DNA of 41,796 bases, from contig LPNZ01008575.1 of NCBI GenBank assembly GCA_001655205.1, positions 1 to 41,796 on the forward strand, given 5' to 3'. The notes beneath the pieces are model-generated. The model did not search any database. It had not been told where the DNA came from and saw only the letters and a program-made list of their open reading frames with translations. Source of the DNA: Lenisia limosa (lineage: Eukaryota; Protista; Breviatea). The position numbers were made by a program, and so were the translations under genes. The first letter of the stretch is position 1; each line of letters begins with the position of its first letter. Below, piece after piece: positions 33,762 to 41,796 of this stretch.

Positions 33762-36700
33762 CTAGATTTCGAGTTGCATAACATGGCGCACGGCATCTAG
33801 AACAGTCTCAACAACCACATCTGCTGGGTCTACGGTATCGTTATCACTTCCTTTGAAGACTCCTAGAGAAGGTTAGCACAACCCATAAAAACATCATGCT
33901 ATACTAAATAATTCATAATCAATTTATTGAGACCAGTCACCACCAGACCTCGCTCACAAGCCATCACGATCACCAACATCTCAGTTCTCCCAGCAAAAAC
34001 ACACGGTGAATCCCCATGCACATCAACAAGAATTTCATATGCGATCATTTACCTCTGTGAGATGATAATTGTGTAAATTGATTCCTTTACTGCTTGGGCC
34101 TGAAGAACGTAAACTCTTACTCACCAGTTTTTACAAGAATTGATGTGAGGCCATTGGCATTGGCTCCCTTAATATCTGATCTGAGGGAAGGAAGTAAATA
34201 AGGCGGAGTGGATGAAATTCAAAAAGGGAATTTAATAACAAATATGGAACACACAAATAATGTGAATAATATGCTAAATTGAAAATAATAATTAAGGAAG
34301 TGACGTGAAGAAGAAAAAAAACTCAAAAAAGTCCCTTTCCATGCGGGAAGTTGGCTCCGAAAGAAGACTGTAGATGTTCAACGATATCGATTAATCAATC
34401 ATTACAAACACCAACCTTGGGTTATCACCAACACCGAATATGTTACTGAGCTTCAAGGGCACCTCCTCAAAATCACTTTCTTCCCATTGAGTGCCGGGAT
34501 TTAGGATATCACGAAGGTCGAACCATTGGCGCTGGAGACAGTTCTGGGGGGGGGGGGTAATAANNNNNNNNNNNNNNNNNNNNNNNNNNNNNNNNNNNNN
34601 NNNNNNNNAAATGAATGAATAACACACGTAATATTATCAATAATATCTTGATAAGGCTTCACATTACAAAAACAATATGATATTGAGAGAGAACTCTTTG
34701 TTTCTGAGTTCCACCAGAGCCAACTCACAATTGTGTAGCTATAAGCGAGCTTAGAAGGTTTTCCAAACTCCAGCGCTTTGAGGTCTCGTCCTGTTGTTTC
34801 TTTGAAGAGCATCCTACAGCAGTTAGCAAGCCTCACTCAAGGTGTCAGAGTAAACAAGCACAATAAGCATATGACAATATGGATAAACACCTAGCATAAG
34901 CCCCCAACTTTAAGCTCTGATTGAACGCTCCCTGGCCGAAGCGCTTTAATGGGTGCTCGTTAGCCCAAAACATGTCAGAATTACTGGAAGGCCATGAGTG
35001 TATTAACAACAGTTGTTCTTTCGTCCAAAAAGATCAGACATAAAATGTTGTGTGATTCAGACTGAGCAAAAAGACATCTATCAGGGTCTATTGAATTATC
35101 CAACAAATAACGTATCAAAACTGATATTATCCTCAGATTATTTTGAACAATACCCTCCCACGTTGTGATTAATGGAATTTGTTGGGAGTCAATCTCTGAG
35201 TGTGTATCCAAGTTGCCATCCCCAGAGAGAACGTCTATCAATATCTAAGTCGTAAAAGAAGCAGGAGTTATTGTATCAATAGTTATTTCTAACAAGAACA
35301 ATACTACAAAATATATTTCCAATGACACCAAAAACAGAAACGCAGAACAAGTAATAAACCACCCACACTAAATGATATGATATCATACAATATTAAATCA
35401 TATAATACGTATGATGTCATATTTTTCAATCTTTATTCCGGAAATGGCCAAGAAAATAAGCAATAATCAGCCAGCCACCTTACCTGGGCATCCGACCCCC
35501 AGTCAGAAGGGTCACTCACAACAATGGCTGCAGCTACTTTCGTGTTTTCAGCAAAGCGTCTCTAAAAGAGTCAAAAAAAACTACATTCACAGAAATCCAT
35601 TTCACAGAGCATGATTAGCAGCTCACATAATTTTCAATCCCGTTCTGCTTAAATGGATATGCCTCGGGATGAGTGGCTAAAACCTGGGGAATTACAAAAC
35701 AGAAAAAAAGGTGCGCAAATATGGGCACTTTTGCAACCATATTACTTGGGATTATATGCCAGTTTGAACATTTTCGACCCACTTCATCTGTTGTAAGCAC
35801 ATGTCCAAAGCCGTATTCAAGAAGAACTTCTTTGGGGCTGGAGGTTGGGGGGGGGGGGAGTAAAATTGGAAAATTTATGAAACAAAAAGAGCCCAAATCA
35901 ACTTTGTTGGCTGACAACACACAATGGTTGATAACAACANNNNNNNNNNNNNNNNNNNNNNNNNNNNNNNNNNNNNNNNNNNNNNNNNNNNNNNNNNNNN
36001 NNNNNNNNNNNNNNNNNNNNNNNNNCCTACTTTCCTCTTCCAGCAACTAAAACGTTTTTGTCAAAATACAATGGAGCCAAGGCGCGAAGGGGTGTGTGGC
36101 ATTGAATGATCATATTCTCATCAATCTAGTACGTAAATCATAAAATTCTGTCAAAAACCATCACTACTTTTACAATACGGTGTATAATACATAGCATATC
36201 GATATATATAATCTATACTAACGATATAATATCATATCAGATTTACCTATCAAATATATGTGTGTGACAATAAATATGATATACTGTATTGTATATGTAT
36301 ACAGTGACCGGGATAAGTTTTGACTGATTTGCTATCTGATTTCCCAAGGAAAACAGGTCAAGACTTATCCCGGTCATAAATATTTGAAGGCAACATCAGA
36401 AGGGCAAAAACAAAATACTTCACCACATACCGGTACTTGCAGCTGTTCAGAGAGTTTCTCTGCGCGCTTGCTCTCTAAATGACCACCACCGTTTGTTAAA
36501 AACACCAAAGGAGTTGTGCGAAGCCCCCTGGTGGATGTGAATAATGGAGGCAAAGTATCATATGCAAGCTTTGTCCTTCTTACTCGGGATTGGCTTCCGA
36601 TTTCTCAGGGTAAAATATTTCTTTGAGAGCCCTTTTGGCAACCGAGCTTGCTTCTGTTCCATGGAGTAGCACTAGATTTTGAAGTAAGTAATGATATGTC

Positions 36701-37663
36701 GTTCTTTTTGAAGGTGAGTTTCCAAATCTGGATCCTTGATTTTTGGGGGTAAGATCCGAACAGATCCATATTTTTTAATAAATCTTGAAAAAGTTGAATT
36801 TGATACACCGCCGAACAGTTTAACAGTCATGTGCCAGAATGGCATTCAAAGATTCAATCAATAAAAAGGAACAAAGGGTATTATTGGTCAAGTCAATGAA
36901 TTTGTTAAAAATCATTGTGTATTCTTGCTGAACAAAAAATACCGGGATCTACCTTCGGATCTTCCTGGATCTTTAGTAGGATCCTACCATCCTAAAAACG
37001 GATTCGGATCTGGGAACCACGGAAATATAGCCCTAGTAGGGGAAAAAACAAGAGATGACCAGAAGAGATACAAGGCACCGAGTTCCCAAAATATTAATTT
37101 CAGCATATTCCCCACTCCCAACTACGGCTCACTTCGGTTCTAAAAAAGACTGAATTTCTCGATAAATCCTTGAAAGCTTCGATATTATATCGGTCTTTTT
37201 CGAACCCTACTCCCAACCCACCCCCATCAATATCGAAAACAAATCCGAAGTTAGACGGATTGAGAGCATTCTTGGCCGCAGGGGTTGAGAAGCCTCGGAC
37301 GAATAAGGAAGATGTTGACTGGGTCCATTAATAGCAAAGAACAGTCATTCTGATCAAAAATGATGGAAAGCAGCAAGGCCAAAAACACCCATCAATTATT
37401 TCAGTCTTTGAGAAAACGCATTTTTTTTATTATTTAAGAAAAACAGATACTAAATGCATAATCGTATCTTACCGATAAGGAGGGTAGAATTTCGAAACAA
37501 ACAAAAAAAGTATGCCACTTAACTCGACTGGCAACACATTTGAGATATTTGAGCCACCCGTGAAGATAAACATATCAACCATTTATCCAAAAATCAATAC
37601 CTCACCAATTTGCCCGCTTACTAAGATGGGTGAGACAAGTTTCTGTGCAAAAGACGACAACAT
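33762..37663 (-). CDS. HDHD5: HAD-superfamily class IIA hydrolase, CECR5/HDHD5 type, probable mitochondrial presequence
   Basis: MLSSFAQKLVSPIL/STSSLFVRGFS leader, FGFVFDIDG/VLLHG (motif I), PLVFLTNGGG, YGFGHVLTTDEV, EFGKPSKLAYSY, IFGVGDNPR/SDIKGANANGLTSILVKTG/VFKG...PADVVVETVLDAV...LEI*. Confidence 0.88.
35840..35939 (-). repeat. 3'-splice-site poly(C) cassette, copy 3
   Basis: G-run followed by agtaaaattggaaaatttatgaaacaaaaagagcccaaatcaactttgttgg on the + strand, just before an HDHD5 acceptor. It abuts an N gap. Confidence 0.65.
36302..36376. mobile_element. MITE family A, copy 3
   Basis: TA|CAGTGACCGGGATAAGTTTTGAC...GGTCAAGACTTATCCCGGTCA; the right end lacks 3 nt. Internal sequence is similar to the 14330 copy. 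Lies in an HDHD5 intron. Confidence 0.75.
37125..37208. mobile_element. Hairpin/MITE-like family B, degenerate copy 2
   Basis: Shares cacttcggt(t)ctaaaaaa and the terminal ttcgaacc with 25598-25669. Intronic. Confidence 0.35.
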
Positions 37664-37857
37664 CGTTCGTACTATAATAACAACACACTACGTTACCTGG
37701 ATATAAGTAAGGCATTAGAGTTAGTGTCATATAATTAGAATTTGTAAAACAACAGAGTGTGCCCGTGGATTATGTTCCATTTTGTATGAGAATTGATGAA
37801 AAAAAAAAATGTACCACCTGTACCACCCACTCTGAAGTACCAGCTTTACAGCTGAGA

Positions 37858-39999
37858 ATGCGAGTGGTGAAGCCGCCAAGTGCCGAGGTCGAGGTGTGAG
37901 GTGCCTGTCTTTTCCTCTCTCTTTCTCAATTGCTCTCACAACTCTGTCGTTGTCCTTTCTAAGCATTTTGTTTCTTGTCCCCNNNNNNNNNNNNNNNNNN
38001 NNNNNNNNNNNNNNNNNNNNNNNNNNNNNNNNNNNNNNNNNNNNNNNNNNNNNNNNNNNNNNNNNNNNNNNNNNNNNNNNNNNNNNNNNNNNNNNNTCTT
38101 TTTTTTCTTTTTTCCATCCAGTGTTTCATCTATTTTTTACTTGCTTGGCACTTGCCCACCCATTCACACCAACCATCTAGGAGGAAATATAGATACTTTA
38201 ACTTAAGCATATCCCTCCAAGCACCCACATCACCACAACACAACCAAACAGCCAGGCAAGTAAAGGTTAATGAAAGAAAGCTATTAAAGTGGTGAAGTGG
38301 TTTCGTAGTAATATAGCATGATTACACTGCTACCCAGTCCCCTAACCTCCACGTCTTTGAGGTTTCTGTGTCAATTTTCAAAAGTTGGCTCTGGTAACAG
38401 ATTGTCAAAAGGCTTTGAAACTGTTTTGTTTTTGTTGTAGAATTTTTTCATTTCCCGATGCCACCATCTCATTGAACCTTGTTTGTATTCTTGAAATAAT
38501 ATAAAGATATTCCCTCTGAATAGAAAACTTATGTTGTATCGACACAAGGAAACGATACAATAATAAACAAATGCAAACACAAAATTAGATTCTCATTAAA
38601 TAGAAGAACTTCTTCCTTCTTGCATCAGCAGTCTTTTTTTTGAACAATAATTCAGAATGGTTGGTTGGATTGAGAAGCCTTAATTGAAGGATTTGTCTCT
38701 TATTTCAAACTGGAAGGGTGTTAGCTTGTATCTCATAAATGTATATAGTTCACCAAGAAGCGGTGAGCAAATGTATATTACAAAATTAGTCATATTGTTT
38801 ACCTATTTATGAGTTTTTGTTATTATTATTATTATTCTGTTGTTTGTTTGATCCGTTTGACCACTAAGGAAGAAGAAAACGAAGACAATGACAAGGTGAC
38901 ATTCATGTACCTTATGGATGACAATCACCCGCATGTGCTACCCTCACCAAAAGTCAAAAGGCGACAATTTCAATTCTTCGATCCCAAAGCCAACCAATCC
39001 TCATCCTCTGCACATTCCAACGTACCAGCTGTCTCCACTTCTTCACTCCCCAGTCAGCCACTCACCCGAAAGCCACCCAGTGTTCCAGCAACTTCCATGC
39101 CACCACAGCCTATAGAATTCAACCATCTCCTTTCCTCGGGGCATTCAGCACGTGTGAGCAGGGAACCTAAGTATGCAAAATACTGTATAGCAGAAGGTAT
39201 CATACGCATATTATGTGCAAATATGTATATTACACAATGTAGGTTCAAATACAAATCCAGCTTGATTGTGCAATGTTTGATATTGTCATTACATGTCTCC
39301 CAGCCTGTCTCCTATTTCATGAAGTCTCATATTGTATTGTTTGCCCCTATAGCCGCCTCACCTTCCAGAGACCTGCAACACAGCCGGTATTTTCCTTTGG
39401 TGATGGCGCGCCCCCTCCGTTCTTTGCCGCCCAGCCTACGCCACCAAGTGCGTTTTCTTTCAACCCAACTTCGCAGCCAATGCCCTTTGGTCTTGGATCC
39501 CAGCCCGATGTTCCAACAACAGTAACGTCAGCCTTTTCTGCTCCTCCTCTCACTAGGAACAAACCAAAGCACCAGACAACGCAGAGAGCCCCTTTGGTTT
39601 GATTTGCTTCTTAGCCCGCTGTCATTCACTTTCCCAGAGGTCAACGGCAAATAATCGTGCTGTTCGAGAAGACCACAAAGTTAATAGTACTCGGGACAAA
39701 GCCAAACAAGAGGTGAGGTTACAATTATAATATTGTTTTTAATACATATAATTACTATAGTTTATATGTAGTATATGTATATATAGTATCGATATATCAT
39801 ATAGTATAGTATTGGTATCAGTATATCGATATACTATATATTTATACTATACTAATATATAATCAAATGCTGCTATGGTAACTGGAATGGTTTAACTTTT
39901 TGTTTTTTTTCTTTCTTTTTTTTTTTGATCTCCTAGACCCGTCTTAAACGCAAGACAAAGCAATATAAGAAGAGTGATTCCCGTACTGGTGGTTTGTGA
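37858..39999 (+). CDS. Pro/Ser-rich protein with FG/FSF-type motifs and a basic C-terminus (start uncertain)
   Basis: Exons ~38869-39169 (EEENEDNDKVTFMYL...PSPKVKRRQFQFF...), ~39351-39596 (VFSFGDG, AFSFNP, PFGLG), ~39638-39712 and ~39938-39999 (TRLKRKTKQYKKSDSRTGGL*), linked by GT-AG in phase. Confidence 0.5.
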
Positions 40000-40311
40000 G
40001 GGTTGTTGAAGGAAGTTAGCGGTTGTATTGGACCTTGCAAGGACCATAGTTAAGGGATGGATGGGAGTAGTAATGACTATGATGAGCTTTCCTGATTATA
40101 CAATTACTTTTTAGAATTATGCAAAATACTATTGTGTGATTTCTTTGTCATACTCAACAGATTAAATCAATTAATTCAATTACCATTCCTAAACTGTGAT
40201 GTCGGGCTTGGTTCATAGTAGCCTTCATCCAAAAGTCTAGTAACATTCGATGGTAATCTCCTTTGTTGGTCTTAAGACGTTGTTATCAATTGGATTTCAC
40301 ACATGCTTTAG

Positions 40312-41256
40312 AAGACTCCTCTACCACTCCAGAAACGCATTCAACCCGTACTAGCTTAACTGTAGGAGCTGATTTGAGTTGTTTTTGGTAATTGCAAAGT
40401 TGTATTAGAATTTTTGGAGTGAACAATGATTCTCTCCGGCACTCCATCTCATCAGTTAGGATTATCAATCCACACTGCCAACCACCTCTCCCAAAATCAA
40501 GAAAACTGATGAAATGGGCAACGATTCAAGTGAAAGTACCAATATCGATATAGCAAATGTAAAGTCGTTTGTGGGGTTGTAGTCAAAAAACAGAATATTT
40601 GTTGGTGTTTTTATCAACATTAGAGCATGTTATAGATTAACTGATGCTGATTGATAAATGTTTGTTCACTTTTTACCTTCTTAGACAAGTCACCCTAGTC
40701 TCTGCTATTTTCGAAGAAATGAAGAAATCTCTCAAAATTGTAAGAGTGGCTCTGTGTTGAAACTTAGTGCTTTTAGCTTAATGCTAATGTTGAACCTTTC
40801 GACAACTTGTATAATAACGCAGCTTTTTTGATTTATTAGGAAATCCCCGAAAAAAAGGAGAGAAAAGAGTCAAAATTTGAATGTGTTGTCTGTATGGATG
40901 CGGATGTGGAGGTTTGTGTGGAAACATATTTTCAGAGGAATTCAACTTTACACGAAAGATTAAAAAAGAGTTCTAATCATATCATGTACTACATATATAT
41001 GATATACTGACTGAGGTTAGTCTTGACCTGTGTCAGGCAAGACTGACCACAACATAATTGATGATATACTATATCATATAATATATAGATATGATTAGTC
41101 TCTAGAGATGAGAAATAAAACAAGGGTAAATTTTTACATCTTTAGAGTGTTGCAATGCCCTGCAAACACCTTTGTGTCTGTAGTACATGTGCGAAACAGC
41201 TAAAAACCTGTCCAAAATGCCGCGGTCGATCATCTTTCATGAAGATCTTCATCTAG
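40312..41256 (+). CDS. RING-HC (IAP/zf-C3HC4_3-type) finger protein, probable E3 ligase (start uncertain)
   Basis: Exon 40840-40911 (ECVVCMDADVE) splices to 41146-41256 (SVAMPCKHLCVCSTCAKQLKTCPKCRGRSSFMKIFI*), giving a complete C3HC4 pattern at the C-terminus. Confidence 0.8.
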
Positions 41257-41427
41257 CTATTTAACTATCTATTGTTCTAGTTCTATTTCCACTATTTCTA
41301 CCACCAACTCTTGATAGAAGTTTCCATTTGTATTTCAAAGCAACTGCACAATTTCATTTGTAATCTTACATCAGTTAAAAAATACTCCAATTTTGGTGAA
41401 GAAGTAGTGAGTGTATTTTCATCAATG

Positions 41428-41796
41428 TTAATCCTCAATCTGAACGTGTGAGACAAAAACGGCAATGAAAATCTCTGTTAAGACGTCAATCTGCATAAGT
41501 ACTGTATTCTCTTGGACATCCAGAAAGTCGCATAAATACGATCTCCCACAAGCCACCTTTACCGATACTTCAACCTCTTCATCGTCATCCTCTTCTTCTT
41601 CCTCCTAAAACATCATAAGAATTTTCCTTGACGTGAGGCAAACAAACCCGCAATATAAAAATTGGAAACTGCTCCAAAACCCTCCCTTTTGAAGGGTAAA
41701 CTTCAAACAACCCTTATTGACATATTTAAGCCAAAAACAACCCCACTACGTTATCAAGGTCTTCTCTTGCCTCTTGGAGGATTCTGTCCAAAACTT
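41428..41796 (-). CDS. 3' end of an unidentified gene running off the right edge
   Basis: KFWTESSQEAREDLDN followed by a GT donor, then an exon EEEEDDDEEVEVSVKVACGRSYLCDFL...VQIED* ending at 41428. Confidence 0.35.

Overview
Gene-dense, intron-rich eukaryotic DNA with eight N gaps; it is not prokaryotic. The taxon cannot be determined from sequence alone, and a unicellular eukaryote is my inference. The ORF track is largely misleading because most exons are ~20-200 nt, so gene models were rebuilt by hand from GT-AG boundaries and phase. Best-supported genes: a TMEM151-family membrane protein (+, ~2862-5930); an ankyrin + LRR + multi-pass membrane protein (+, ~6551-11568); a kinesin-3-like motor with coiled coil, a ~940-residue Glu/Lys-rich exon and a PH domain (-, ~12004-22724); a secreted Cys-rich orphan (+); two ankyrin-repeat genes (-); a DUF3293-like gene (+); an HDHD5/CECR5-type HAD-IIA hydrolase (-); and an IAP-type RING protein (+). 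Several unidentified or partial genes are also present. Non-coding features include a Tc1/mariner-type MITE family (3 copies), a second hairpin element, intronic minisatellites, a poly(C)-ended cassette shared by the 3' splice sites of three unrelated genes, and a ~38-nt element shared by two divergent intergenic regions. No rRNA, tRNA or CRISPR array is supported. Internal exon boundaries and some gene ends are approximate.
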